DNA from: Octopus bimaculoides
Lineage: Eukaryota
Direction of reading: 5' to 3'
DNA: 64,000 nt
Assembly: GCF_001194135.2 (NCBI RefSeq)
Contig: NC_068981.1
Coordinates: 120,569,534-120,633,533, forward strand
Below are positions 25,008 to 37,912 of this stretch, one piece after another. The stretch's first letter is position 1; each line of letters starts with the position of its first letter. The notes under the pieces were generated by a model. That model worked only from the letters and a program-made list of their open reading frames with translations. It was not told where the DNA came from and made no database searches. A program made the translations under genes and the position numbers.

Positions 25008-25680
25008 CATCATCATTAACGTCCATGTTCCTTGCTGCCATGGGTTGTATAGTTCGACAGGATCCATCGAGTGCAAGGACTGCATCGTGGTCAACTGTCT
25101 ACACAGGTATGGTTTTTTTAACGGTTGGATGCCCTTCCTAATGCCAACCACTTACGTGTGCTGGGTGCCTTTTTCGTGCCACCAGCACTAGTGAGGTCGT
25201 CAATCAACTTGCAAGACTAAAGTCCCTGAGAAAGGACACTTTATGCTTGGATATGAGGGGTTGAAGCATGAAAGGAAGGGCCTGGGAAAAATAGATTTCT
25301 TGCTGTAGAGAGGCTACATGGCTACTCACGGTTTAGAAATGAGGACATAAAATAGTGGTGTTGAGGTGGCTGTGTGGAACCTCAAAGTATGAGGTGAGAA
25401 GAAATGAGTGGAGACTGAAGGGCTGAGTGTGGGTAGAGATTGCAAGAGCATCTGGGGAGGAGAGTAAAAGAGGTGGGGAATGGGTGAGGGGACTGAATGT
25501 AATGAAGAACAAGTGTTGAGTAGAAGGTCATTAAGGGTGATAGGAAAAAGTAGGTAACCACTGTAGAGTGGATAGGGTAGAGGAGTAAATGGTGGATAGA
25601 GGGTAGGGTGACCAATGATGCGTGGGGTAAAAGTGCCATGCATGAGACTCTTGGCTCTTGAGTCACTTTTGTAACTTTCT
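25005..25680 (-). mobile_element. Family G copy with a long purine-rich extension
   Basis: G core at 25005-25200, then a GA/GG-rich tract related to 29420-30030 and to the rc of 27905-28660. Confidence 0.6.
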
Positions 25681-25715
25681 GCCAATTAGAAATAAAAAAA
25701 GACTATGTATGTGTA

Positions 25716-25768
<53 letters not shown>

Positions 25769-26167
25769 TAAAGTAGTGAGGAAAGGCAAACCCACTGACT
25801 CAAAAGGGAAGCCGCCTTTAGCCGTTTTGAACAAGACAATCACATAACCTCAACTTCTACTGCTGTCCAAACTGGAATTTTGGTGGCACACCTATTTGAG
25901 CACTCAGAATGCATGCCTATTAGTTTGAGTCATACTGGTGAAAACTCCCCATATTCCCTCTCTCTCAAGTTATATATATATAAACTTGTAATTATGAAGT
26001 CAAACCAAAATCTGCGTAATATATAATAGAAAATACATGTCCTTAAACAAGACCTGCTTCAGTTAATATAAGCAAACATGAAATTTATATATGTGTGTGT
26101 GTGTGTGTGTATTTTTATATTCTTTTACTTGTTTCACTCATTTGTGTGTGGCCATGCTGGAGCACTG

Positions 26168-26256
<89 letters not shown>

Positions 26257-26506
26257 TATATACACACACACACACATTTATGGCTGTACATCATTGTTTC
26301 AACATCCATTTTTCTATACTTGCATGGGTCAGATGAAATTTATCAGGTCAGGTGGATTTTCAACAGATGCCTTTCCTCTCACTGACCCTCACCTGTTTCC
26401 AAGTAAGGAGATATTTTCACAGAATATTGGAAACAAAGGATACTTCTTGTCAAGGCAAGGTGACAGTAATGTACAGCATGCACACACACATATATATATG
26501 GTCATC

Positions 26507-26545
<39 letters not shown>

Positions 26546-26717
26546 GTCATCATGTTTCATTCCATATTGGCTACCTCTAATGAGTGCAGAGTTACATTAT
26601 CAGATTGTTACCTAACCCTCTGTTGAATTTCTAGTGCAAAACCAATTGATAAGACCAGCTGTAATGGATATAAGGATATAATACTGTACACTTAAGATAA
26701 TATATATATGATGAACT

Positions 26718-27090
26718 TGATAGTATGTTGTCAACTTAATGTGACAGTCCAATGAAAGGGAAGAATGCTACTGTTATTTAGCCCTAGAAAATACCGTTTC
26801 CTGTTGGACTTGACACATTTCCTGTGTCCTTATGTTTTCAAAGTGGAGACAAGCACCTCCACCCAGTAAAGCCAGCATCCAGAGACTAGTTTCAGCTAGG
26901 AAGCCATACTACTCCAGACTTATTGATGAGCAATGACTTTGCTGGGTGGAGGTGCTTGACTCCACTTTGAAAACATAAGGACACAGGAAATGTGTCAAGT
27001 CCAACAGGAAATGGTGTTTCCTAGGGCTAAATAGCAGTAGCATTCTTCCCTTTCATGGGACTGTCACATTAAGTTGACAACATACTATCA
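26718..27090. mobile_element. Hairpin MITE: 154-bp inverted arms (26718-26871 / 26937-27090), 65-nt spacer
   Basis: tgatagtatgttgtcaacttaatgtgacagtcc.. vs ..ggactgtcacattaagttgacaacatactatca; only a few mismatches. Confidence 0.9.
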
Positions 27091-27149
27091 TTTTATTGTG
27101 CTGCTACTGCATAAATCCCTCTGAGAGATTTAGAAATGTATTATTTCTA

Positions 27150-27310
27150 TGATGAACTTGTTTCAGTTTATGTTTACCAAATCTACTCACAAGGTTTTGG
27201 GCAGCCTGGGGCTATAGTGGAAGATAGTTGTCCAAGGACCTCAGTAGGACTAAACCTGGAAGCATGTGGTTGGGAAGCAAACTTCTTATCACAAAGGCAT
27301 GCCTGCACTT
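27150..27310 (-). mobile_element. SINE AB 5' half
   Basis: ttcagtttatgtttaccaaatctactcacaagg...ggaagcaaacttcttatcaca. Confidence 0.7.
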
Positions 27311-27424
27311 ACGTATATATTTTGTAAATAGACATAACATCCTACCACTAAGCCATGTGCCTCCACATAGAAGGGACTCATTCACTAATCATGTTACAAA
27401 TTGAACTATATGTGTATATATTAC

Positions 27425-27835
27425 ATCTTTTATCTTTTGTTTGCTTCAGTTGTGAGACTGTGGCCATGCTGGGGCACTACCTTGAAGAATTTTTAGTTGA
27501 ATGAATCAATCCCAGTACTTATATTTTTTTTTAAACCTAATATTTATTTTATTGGTCTCTTTTGCTCAACTGCTAAGTTCCAGGGATATAATCACTCCAA
27601 CACAGGTTGTCAAGAGGTGGTGGGGGGGACAAGCACAGACACACACGCGCACACACACACACACACACACGATAAGCTTCTTTCATATTCCATCTATCAT
27701 ATCTACCTACAAAGCTTTGGTTGGCTTGAGGCTACAATAGAAGACACTTGCCCAGGGTGCCATGTTGTGGGACTGAACCCGGAATGATGTGGTTGGGAAG
27801 CAAGCTTCTTACCACACAACCATGCCTGTGCCTAC
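27425..27835 (-). mobile_element. SINE AB, full length
   Basis: Tail/body at 27425-27640, (CA)n, head rc to 27835. Confidence 0.85.
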
Positions 27836-29144
27836 GTATACATAATTCATGTATAATAATGGATGTGCGTATTATAATTTATATGTATATGTGTGTGTCT
27901 GCTAAATCACTCTCTGCTGCACCTTGTGCCTGTTTGACACCTCAGCCATCTCTCTATTATCCCTCTTCCTGTGACTGTACTTGCTACCCTTGAAATTAGG
28001 GTAAACAGATCTATCAGTATTGACTCTTTTCTCCACCTCCACCGTCCATATCTTCCTTCTTCTCTCTCCACTTTCATTCCAAATCAAGATGCTTGGGTTA
28101 GGAGGGATCGCATCAAATCTATTGATGCCTGATGCATGCACTCTTCATTTCGTTCTGTTTTATCCACCATCATTCTCTCTCCTTCAGATCAGTTTTTTTT
28201 TTTTATTGACACCCATCTCTCTGCATCACCATTTTCATTACCATCTAACATTACTGTCCCTTCTATTCTGCTAGATGCTACTCCCACCCACCCTGGCCAC
28301 TCTTCACTGGCATCCATCACACCCTACCACTGACCATATCAATGACTTCACTTTCTCGCACCTTTATCTGCAAACATGTAACTATCATTTGTATCTTTCT
28401 CCCATTATGCTACCTTGCCTTTAATACATTTGTTTCATTGCTCCACTAGCTCTGCCTTTTATCACTCCCTCCTTTTCTGCAACATCACTCCAATCACTCT
28501 TTGTTTCTGATCGTGCCTTCTTCCCTTTCTCTCTTTACTCTACTTCATATACAATCATCCTCTCTTCTATTTTTTCTCATGCTGCCCGGATTAAATGGAG
28601 ATAGCATAGAGCCCTGAGGATCCTGGTACAAAGGAAGATCTTTTATACTGCTATCATCTAAATGCTCTCAGTACCCAATGTAAAGTGTTTGACAAGTGAA
28701 CAGTCAGTTAAGGTGCCTCTTTGTGTTGTCAAGGACATAACACAATCTCTAACTCTGCTGTTATTATAAAATGCACTCAATTCTATAAAGTGATTAGAGA
28801 ATGAACAAATACATTGAATGGCTGTGACGACCTATTAGTTGAGGACATAATAACCTCATAAGTGCTGGTGCCATGATAAAATACTCCCAGTGTAATCTGT
28901 AAAATAATAAATGTTAGGAAGAACATCCAGCTATAGAAACTATGCCAAAACATAGCAGATTAGTGACATGTAGTTTCGTTATCGCATCTAGGAGGACAAT
29001 AAATCCAAATAACAACTGACTGAAACCATGATGAGCTGTCAGCATAGAAAGTAGACATAAGAAGGATGATATACATATGGGTATAGCTGTGTGCTTAAGA
29101 AGTTTGCTTGTTGGCCACATAATCTCAGGTTCAGTTTGCTTGTA

Positions 29145-29560
29145 TTGCATCATCATCATCATCATCATCGTTTAATGTTCGCTTTCCATGCTGGCATGGG
29201 TTGGCTGGTTTTGGATGGAGCTGGCTAGCAGGGAGCTGTTTTTATGGTTGGAGGCCCTTCCTAACACCAAACACCTTACAGAGTGGGCTGAGTGCTTTTT
29301 CTGTGGCACCAGCACGGGCGAAGCCTGTTTTAGTATGGTTTTATAGCTGGATGCCCTTTCAAACAACAACTACTTTACACTAGACTGGGTGCAGCAGCAC
29401 TGGCAGGGTCACCAAACAACTTGCAAGACACAGATCCTTTGAGAAGGTGGGGCATTGAAGGAAGTGGCCTTGTGGCCAAGTGATGAGAGGTTAGAGTGTG
29501 ATAGAAGAATAGAAACATGTGTGTTGCTGTAGAGGAGATACATGGTTACTTGGTTAGAAG

Positions 29561-29596
<36 letters not shown>

Positions 29597-30030
29597 GAGT
29601 GATCAAGAATGAGAGAGAGAGAGTGGAAGAGAGTGAAAATGTGAGAGTGTAAGAGAAAGCAGGAGAGAGATGGTGGTAAAGTGCCAGGGCATACCCTCAA
29701 GATACGGGGACCAGAATATAAATGAGATGGTAGAGTGAGAGAGATAGATGGTGGCATGGTGTTGGGGCATACCCTCAAGGTACAGGGATCAGAATGTAAA
29801 TGGGATGGTAGAGTATTGCCAAGGGTGTGTGAGTAGGGACTTTACATGAAGTGAGGGGGTGGGAAATGCATTGACTGGTGAAACGTGGGTATATAGAGGA
29901 GGTAGGGGACAACAGGATATCTACAATACAGTGAGCATTGCAGTGAGGACAGGATTGGGGAGCGAGAGATAAGCATAGTACATGAAAAAGAGGAAATGTG
30001 AGGAAGAGAAGAAGAGATGTAGTTTGATTT
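29145..30030 (-). mobile_element. Family G copy with purine-rich extension, (AG)n and an internal ~65-bp tandem duplication
   Basis: G core at 29165-29420; gcataccctcaag.tac.ggga.cagaat.taaatg.gatggtagagt occurs twice (about 29689 and 29768). Confidence 0.6.
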
Positions 30031-31104
30031 GTTGGGATAAGGTGTGTTAAATTTTTTTTTTATATATGTGTATATGTATGTGTGTATTTGTGTACCTTGT
30101 CTTGGCATCATGTAATGATTCTAAATGAACATCACTGTTATACAAGTGTTGTTGTTAATCTTCTGTCTTCTATGAAAACAAAGACTTGTCTGGCAATGGC
30201 AAAACATTACCTTGGCTGGGAACAAGTAAGGGCTGGTGACAGAAAGGGCATACAATAATAAAAAAAATCTGGCTCAGCAAATTTCCATGAAAGCATGGAA
30301 AAGTGTCTGTTAAGTGGTTATGAGGATGATAATGATACATATATATATATATTTACATGAGTTACACAATTTTACCAGAAATAAATAGACCAGTCTTCAT
30401 GTGCCAAATACAGTAAATCTCCCTCAGAAGGAGTAGCAATTCTTTTGCGTAATATTACTTTATAATGTTTACACCTTATTGCATAATATGCATAATAATA
30501 TTCACAATTCACTGGTTTCATTGAAACAACTGTAAAGCTTTGATTATTTCATGTAACATTATCTAACAACTAATATAAATATATTTTTTGTTTTTTTTTT
30601 TTTATATTTGCTTGAAATTTTCTTCTAACCAACTCACCTGTTACTGGAGTACCTTACTCTGACCAAGAAATTGGATTTTAAGGGATTAAAGTGTGCAACA
30701 GGTAGGCGTAATGAGAGGGGGTTCAGGTATGGATATACATATAGGGCTGTTCAAGTAGGTGTTACAAAATTGTAATTGTATTAGGTGTACAAGAATCATG
30801 AGAGTCTTGTGATTTTATGCCCCCATGTTAGTGGTAAGGCCAGTAGTGTTCTAACATACCTTCCTGTAGTTCAGGGACTTCTCTGCCAGGTAACTACAGA
30901 GTGTTCTACTTTTTCTATGTGTGTAGTAAATCCCTATTTTTCTATGTTTATTCTTTCCATTGCACATAATCCTCAGGGATGCCTACCTCTCTGGTAAGGT
31001 TTCATGTATCCCAGTATCAAGGAATCCAGATTATAGCTTATCTTATAGTTATTTAATTTATGGACACACACACACACACACGTGTGTGTGTGTGTGTGTG
31101 TGTA

Positions 31105-31262
31105 GGCACAGGCATGGCTGTGTTGTTAGGAAGCTTGCTTCTCAATCACATGGTTTTGGGTTCAGTCCCACTGCATTACACCTTGGGCAAGTGTCTTCTG
31201 CTATAGCCTCAGGCCAACCAAAGCCTTGTGATTGAATTTGATCGGTAGAAATTCCTGTCGTG
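31105..31262 (+). mobile_element. SINE AB 5' half
   Basis: aggcatggctgtgttgttaggaagcttgcttctcaatcacatgg...aaagccttgtg. Confidence 0.8.
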
Positions 31263-31288
31263 TGTGTACATGTGTGTGAAAGTGTTCA

Positions 31289-31319
<31 letters not shown>

Positions 31320-31489
31320 TTTGATCAGACCTCATATATATGTATATATATATATATTTGTAATATAATATGTGACAGTTATTCAGTTTCCATAATAAAA
31401 CTCCGAGTTTTGGATGCTGGGTCGAAAACCTGCACCAGCATCTCTTCAGTTATTGAGGCAATTAATATATATACACATACACACACATA

Positions 31490-31525
<36 letters not shown>

Positions 31526-31529
<4 letters not shown>

Positions 31530-32065
31530 GTCTGATCAAAAACTATCTGAACTGTTGCTATGGTAACAGCTAAAGTATGCAGAGTGAAGCTGCTTGGCAC
31601 AGATTGACCTTGAGCTCTGTCCCATATGTGCACTAAGATGTAATGGTCTAGCTCATTTCTGTTGATTACAGAAGTACTTGGAAGTCTGTAGAATGTGGTT
31701 GTCTCAAAAAGAAGATTGGCTTTTAGCTGTGCAGGATCTCCTTGACTGTGTTGAGGAAGGTGAAAAGTTTTTGAAAACTGTCATAACAGGTGACAAATTG
31801 TGGGTTCATGGCTATGACCCTGAAACCAAGACAAAAATCAAATCCCACTTGAAAGGAACAAGATTTCAAGATGTTGAAGAAATCCAAGAGAATGCGACTA
31901 GGTAGCTGCTCACTATCTCAAAAAAGGAGATGAATGGAAAGGATTATGGATAAAGTGTGAGGTTTCAAATGGTGACTACTTCAAAAGAGATTAAATGTCA
32001 AATTGATATGTTTTTGAAGTTTTCTTTTTAGAGCACCAGTTCAAATACTTTTTGGTCAGACCTCA
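31526..32065 (+). mobile_element. Internally deleted mariner transposon
   Basis: TIRs tgaggtctgatcaaaaactat / atactttttggtcagacctca with TA TSDs; ORF 31678-31905 has ITGDKLWVHGYDPETK and LKGTRFQDVEEIQENAT. Confidence 0.92.
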
Positions 32066-32399
32066 TACATATAATATTTATATCGGTGATACTGTGATGG
32101 CCACTATTGGAAAATGTGTTTATACATAGTTATACTGAGATGACAGATAGTTGGGCACACTCTCTTTGAATGTGTTCAGAGTATACCCAGCAGAGAATTT
32201 GACTGTCTGTCAAATCTGCATAACTATATATTTAATATGATTTTTAATAGTGGCCATCACAGCTTCACTTATGTAAATATCCTACATACATGCATACATA
32301 CATACATATGCATGAATATATGTATGTATGTATACACATGTATGTATGTGTGTGCGTTGTATGTGTATATCACTATGTATACTCATGTATCTTTATACT

Positions 32400-32570
32400 T
32401 TCTAAAATTTTTTTATACTTTCTAAACTTTTTTTGTACTTCCTACTTTTTCCATGATAGATCGCTAGCCACTACACATTCTTTTTTTTTTCTCCTTGTTT
32501 CTTTCTGTGTTCCTTTCTGTAGAAGAGCGTAGGCTCGAAACGTTAAAGACTTTTTCACTTCCCGAGCATT
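32400..32570 (+). mobile_element. Truncated relative of the 18183-18500 repeat with one hammerhead-like motif
   Basis: 32513-32548 cttt CTGTAGA A GAGC gtag GCTC GAAAC GTT aaag; downstream cccgagc matches the 18.25-kb copy. Confidence 0.65.
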
Positions 32571-32960
32571 CACTTCAAATTTTATGTGTTTGTCAGTATT
32601 GTCAAGTCTCTGGTACATGTTGATGGCCTGTTCCCAGGAGAAAGTAAACATTAGAATGTTGTCAAAATATCTGGAGAATAAGATACCAGAGTGCCAGTTA
32701 CTAAACTGTGTGCTCCAGTTGGTTCATGTATGTGATGGCCAACAGACCTGATAGGCTTGATCCCATTGGTAGACCTGATATCTGCTTGCATACTGCTCTG
32801 TTGTATTGGAAGTTTGTGTTGCATACTTTGACGGTTACTAACTCATGCATCCATTGTTTACTTTGGGTGCACTGTTTGGAATTTTGCCCTCTTCTTTTCT
32901 GCATATTGAGCTTGGCAAATTCCTTAGTGGTAGCAGGGTACTGTCTTCTTCCTTATTAAT
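32571..32960 (-). mobile_element. Penelope-like retroelement RT fragment, pseudogenised
   Basis: NTNFQYNRAVCKQISGLPMGSSLSGLLAITYMNQLE; after a frameshift, SRYFDNIL (degenerate YxDD) and LDNTDKHIKF. Confidence 0.85.
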
Positions 32961-33098
32961 TAAAACAGTTTTTGCTGAATTTACTTTAAGCTACTCAATT
33001 CTGAGTTTCGCTTCATGTCTAAAATTTCTGTTTCAAATCTTTGGTAAATTCAGTTATAAGAACTAGACCAATTTAGGAGTTCAAACAAATAGCCAGAC

Positions 33099-33764
33099 TT
33101 AACCTTTTACGTATTTAAAGCACATATCTATTTTTCCTGTTTTATGTTCAAACCAGCCAGATCTGGCCTCTTGCACCTACCATACAATGTCTTTCCCAAA
33201 ATAAACAATCACATCATTGAAATTTCAAAGCTATGAGATAATAATTAATTCAAAAACCAGATGAATAGATAGGCCTAGTCACTGCAGGTTTCCCTTCTCA
33301 GCTTGAACCAGCAGGGTTAGACTGAGGGGACAGTTAAAAACTGGATGGTATGGTGATTTTCCCATTCCATGGTGGTATGCTCCTCATCTGGGATACCACA
33401 TGCCGTGATACCTTCTCCAGCAGCAACTTGGTGTGTTCAGCTACTAGTCCAAGTTCCACTGCTCATCAGTCTGAGAAAAACAAGCTGTCAAGGTATTGGT
33501 TGCTCTCTGACAGGTTTATAGTTGAGCCTGTAGCAGTTGAGACCTCCACCATTCTTGACCCCTGTGTGGAGATTGCTGTCCACAAGTGCAAGCCTCATGA
33601 GTTAGAGTGGCTGTTCCAATGCATCTCTCTTGCCATCCTCTGGGGAAACACCTTTTCCATTTTATCTGCTGGTGCCATGAGAAATGTTTCTATATTGTGA
33701 GAGGCAAAATTTTCTGTTAAGAAGCAATACATTTGACAGCATAATCAAACTGCTAAATGGTTAA
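33099..33764. mobile_element. piggyBac-type MITE interrupted by a CRE-like fragment
   Basis: ttaacc left end; tgctaaatggttaa right end; family body matches the rc of 62673-62872. Confidence 0.7.
33275..33720 (+). mobile_element. CRE-like non-LTR retrotransposon C-terminal restriction-like endonuclease fragment
   Basis: AGFPSQLEPAGLD*GDS*KLDGMVIFPFHGGMLLIWDTTCRDT..AHQSEKNKLSRY..FIVEPVAVETS fits the EPxGL-R-DGKRPDG..WDxTCxDT..KxxKY..PxAxETxG pattern. Confidence 0.7.
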
Positions 33765-33922
33765 ACTCCTCAGTTATGCCTTGAAGGACTCAGTTGTCCA
33801 AAGGGACAACTGAGTCCTGGTGGGCTCCTACCTGCTTACTAAACTTTTTGCTGTACTTGTTAACTCTGTACACGACCTGCATGAGTTTCACAAACCATTC
33901 ATCTACAAGCTTTCTTAAAAAA

Positions 33923-34178
33923 AAATAAATGCGCCCTTTTAAAGCCTAGCCAGGCTCATGGGCCCGGTTTCCTGGTTTCAATGGCATATGTATTCCCCAG
34001 CTGGACGGGACGCCAGTTCATCGCAGTGTTACTCATTTTTGCCAGCTGAGTGGATTGGAATAATGTGAAATGAAGTGTTTTGCTCAAGAACACAACGCAT
34101 CGCCCGGTCCAGGAATCGAAACCACAATCTTACAATCATGATGCTGACACCCTAACCACTAAGCCACGCGCCTCCACC
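33923..34178 (-). mobile_element. tRNA-derived SINE family E
   Basis: Head rc ggaatcgaaacc...ctaaccactaagccacgcgcct; shares the ttgctcaagaacacaac block with family D but has a different 3' end. Confidence 0.8.
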
Positions 34179-34344
34179 ACAAGCTTTCTTAGCAACCAAC
34201 AAATTACAGAGAATGGAACCATATTAAAAGCTTTCTCTAAGTTGAGGAATTGTTGGTACAACAATTTACTTTTAGCTAAGTATGTTTCCTGCAGTTATGT
34301 TTATTAAGAAGAAGGCACAAAACTGAACTATACCTCATCCAGAT

Positions 34345-34900
34345 CCTTTAGCATTCAGATTACTCTGTTAAATGTAAAAAGGTAAAGACCCCTTTTTGGT
34401 CATGAATGACCATGGGATTTCACCTAGAAAGTTACCCTCAGAGGCACAAGTCTGAGCAAGGTTGTTTATGGAAGACCAGCTGTTGCCTATGCATACCAGG
34501 CTCCCCTCTCCATGCCACCGATATTGTCCAAGGAAAAGCAAAGGCTGATACAGCTTGGCACTAGTGACGTCACAACTCATTTCTACTGCTGAGTAAACCT
34601 GGAGCAATGTGAACTAGTGTCTTGCTCAAGAACACAACACAGCCCAGTCTGGGAATTGAACTCACTACCTTGTGATTGTGAGCCCAGTACTCTAACCACT
34701 GAGCCATGTTAAAAGTGATGCTTATTTATTCACATTGATTTCAATTAGTCGTGTTACTTTGTAGCTTTGAAATTTCAATGACATGATTATTTATTTTTAG
34801 AATAACATTGTAGGGTAAGTGTGAGAGGCCAGATCCGACCAGTTTGAATATAAAACATTATTTTGGTTGGCTATGATCAGTTTAAATGCTTTAGGTTTAA
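34345..34900. mobile_element. piggyBac-type MITE interrupted by SINE D (34378-34708, minus)
   Basis: cctttagcattcagattactctg left part resumes as gatgcttatttattcacattg after the SINE. Confidence 0.8.
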
Positions 34901-35687
34901 TTCTATTACTGCCGAGCTTTACTATAATTCTCAGTTACCTCCATAACCTGGTCTATCAGCATGATAACTCTGTAGTTTCCCCTCATCTGTGCATCTCCTC
35001 TGCTGTAGCAGTTGACGATGGTGCTGCTGCACCATTCATTGGGTATGAGACCTTTGTATACTGACTGATTGATTATGCACGTGACTAGCTGACTAGCGCA
35101 TGACCCACCTTGCTAGATACTTTCAGTATGTTTGCAATGATACCTGATCATCTGCCTGCTTTCTCTGCTTTCTTATCCTTAATCCTTCCATCTACAATGC
35201 AGCTATCAACTTGAATGACACACGCACACACTCATGCATATATGTGTATTTATGTGTGTGTTTGTGAACTTGTGTGTGTATGTCTATATATACACGTGTA
35301 TTTTTATCTGCATGTGTGTGTATGTTCACTCCCCACCTCCATCACACAAGCACATACACAGTATTGTCTTGCTTTGGGCTCTAAACTCCTGATGGAATTC
35401 TAGGGATGCCAACATGACATTTGGCATGACTTCAATACTTGTAGACTTGTGAGGAGACAAGCTATTAGATTGAACCAAAGCTGACTTCTTCCACAGAGAG
35501 AGAGAGAGAGAGAGATAAAGGTGGGAGGGATGGAAGCAGTAAAGAAATGAATAATGCCCTCCTGGTAGAGGATGAAAGGCAAAGTTTATCTCAGTAAAAC
35601 CATCTAGCTGTTGCCTATATGACAAAGCATATGTAAGACCTGATCGTGTGTGTATATATCATATAATGTGTGTGTGTATGTGTGTGC

Positions 35688-35721
<34 letters not shown>

Positions 35722-35864
35722 ATCTATATACTAGCTTAAAAACAGCCGGGCGGCTTTTAAGCAACTGACCCTGAATAGGAAGATCTATAAAGAAATCTCT
35801 GACTTGTTTTGGAGAATTTGTTGCAATTGCTTCCTCCAGAGTCATATCCCAATGATGATTATAT

Positions 35865-36180
35865 TTGTCACAAAACGTCATGTAAAAAAAAAAAAGAAAA
35901 ATTGCCGAAAACAATCACAGTAATGAAAAGAATCCAAAATTTCAGGATTGCAGGTCCAGGTTCGGCCTGGAATGTTTTTAATTTACTCATGGAGTTAGCC
36001 TTTAGATTATAAAAATTGTTATCATACAAAAAAAATTCTCACAAAAAGTCATGTAAAAAAATCACTGTAAACAATCACAATAATGAAAACTTGGGAATTC
36101 AAAATTTCAGGATTGTGGGTCTAGATGTGGCCTGGAATGTTTTTAATTTACTCACAGACTCAGCCAGATTCCAAAATGGT
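35865..36180 (+). repeat. Diverged ~172-bp tandem duplication
   Basis: caaaatttcaggattg..gg.c.ag.t..ggcctggaatgtttttaatttactca occurs twice (about 35935 and 36100). Confidence 0.85.
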
Positions 36181-36264
36181 ATGATATGTTGGGCTATGGC
36201 CTCTAAGAGTAAAGTTGAAAAAGTGTGACACACTAACACACTGACATTCACATTTATTATATTA

Positions 36265-37025
36265 TAGAGACACATAAAAGCACCCACTACACTCTCTGAG
36301 TGGTTGGCGTTAGGAAGGGCATCCAGCTGTAGAAACTCTGCCAAATCAGATTGGAGCCTGGTGTAGCCATCTGGTTTCACCAGTCCTCAGTCAAATCGTC
36401 CAACCCATGCTAGCTTGGAAAGCGGACGTTAAACAATGATGATGATGATGATGATCTACTACATATGTAGGAAATTCTGTCTGTGGTTGTGTTTGTGGAG
36501 TTGTTAGCTCCTCCTACATTGTTTTATCGATTTGACACCTGAGTTGAATTCATGTCTGGAAACCTCATGGCATACTCAGATTGTTGAAAAAAATCGATAA
36601 TAGGGCTCTCGGAAGGGATCCTTACATATGTCTAATATATGTTATTTTAAAAACGAAGGGAAATAACCCATTTGCCCCTGGAAGGGATCCTTATATATAG
36701 ACAAGGGAAATAATCTATTCATTTTCCTAAATTATTTGATAAAAAGGAAATTGAGTATGCTTATTTCTTAGTATTTGAACTGTTAGAGTTTTTTTCGCAA
36801 TTTATCAAGTACATCCCTTAAACAAGTAAATAGCATTTTCCTCATGCTGGTGGCACGTAAAAGCACCCACTACACTCTCAGAGTGGTTGGCATTAGGAAG
36901 GGCATCCAGCTCTAGAAACTTTGCCAAATCAGATTGGAGCCTGGTGCTGCCTTCTGGCTCACCAGTCCTCACTCAAACCGTCCAACCCATGCCAGCTTGG
37001 AAAGCGGACGTTAAATGATGATGAT
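36265..37025 (+). mobile_element. Two family G copies (36265-36455, young; 36843-37025)
   Basis: gagtggttggc.ttaggaagggcatccagct..agaaact.tgccaaatcagattggagcctgg...gttaaa.gatgatgat. Confidence 0.88.
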
Positions 37026-37034
37026 ATATATGTC

Positions 37035-37068
<34 letters not shown>

Positions 37069-37147
37069 GTCATATATATAAATATAAGTCATATTATATA
37101 TTTATATGTCATATATATATATATATATGTATGTTATATTATGTATG

Positions 37148-37180
<33 letters not shown>

Positions 37181-37204
37181 GTGTGTGTTATATATATTTA
37201 TGTA

Positions 37205-37371
37205 TAGGCACAGGCATGGGTGTGTGGTAAGAAGCTTGCTTCTCAACCACATGGTTCCTAGTTCAGACCCACTGCATGGAACCTTGGGCAAGTGTCTTAT
37301 ACCATATCCTCAGGTAGACCAAAGTCTTATGAGTGGATTTGGTTGATGGAAACTGAAAGAAGCCCATTCTG

Positions 37372-37409
<38 letters not shown>

Positions 37410-37612
37410 TGTATGTATGTATATTTGTGTGTATGTGTGTGTTTATCCCCCACCATTGCTTGTCTACCAATGTTGATGTGTTTATCTCCCTGTAACTTAA
37501 CTGTTTGACAAAAGAGACTGATAGAATAAGTCCTGGGGGTGATCTTTTCGACCAAAGGCAGTGTTCCAGTATGGCTGCAGTCAAATGACTGAAGCAAGTA
37601 AATGATAAAAGA
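37205..37612 (+). mobile_element. SINE AB, full length
   Basis: Head, TA/CA/TG microsatellite, body, 3' aaggcagtgttccagtatggctgcagtcaaatgactgaagc. Confidence 0.88.
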
Positions 37613-37677
<65 letters not shown>

Positions 37678-37879
37678 ATATTATGTATATATATATATAT
37701 ATATATATATNNNNNNNNNNNNNNNNNNNNNNNNNNNNNNNNNNNNNNNNNNNNNNNNNNNNNNNNNNNNNNNNNNNNNNNNNNNNNNNNNNNNNNNNNN
37801 NNNNNNNNNNNNNNNNNNNNNNNNNNNNNNNNNNNNNNNNNNNNNNNNNNNNNNNNNNNNNNNNNNNNNNNNNNNNNNN

Positions 37880-37912
<33 letters not shown>

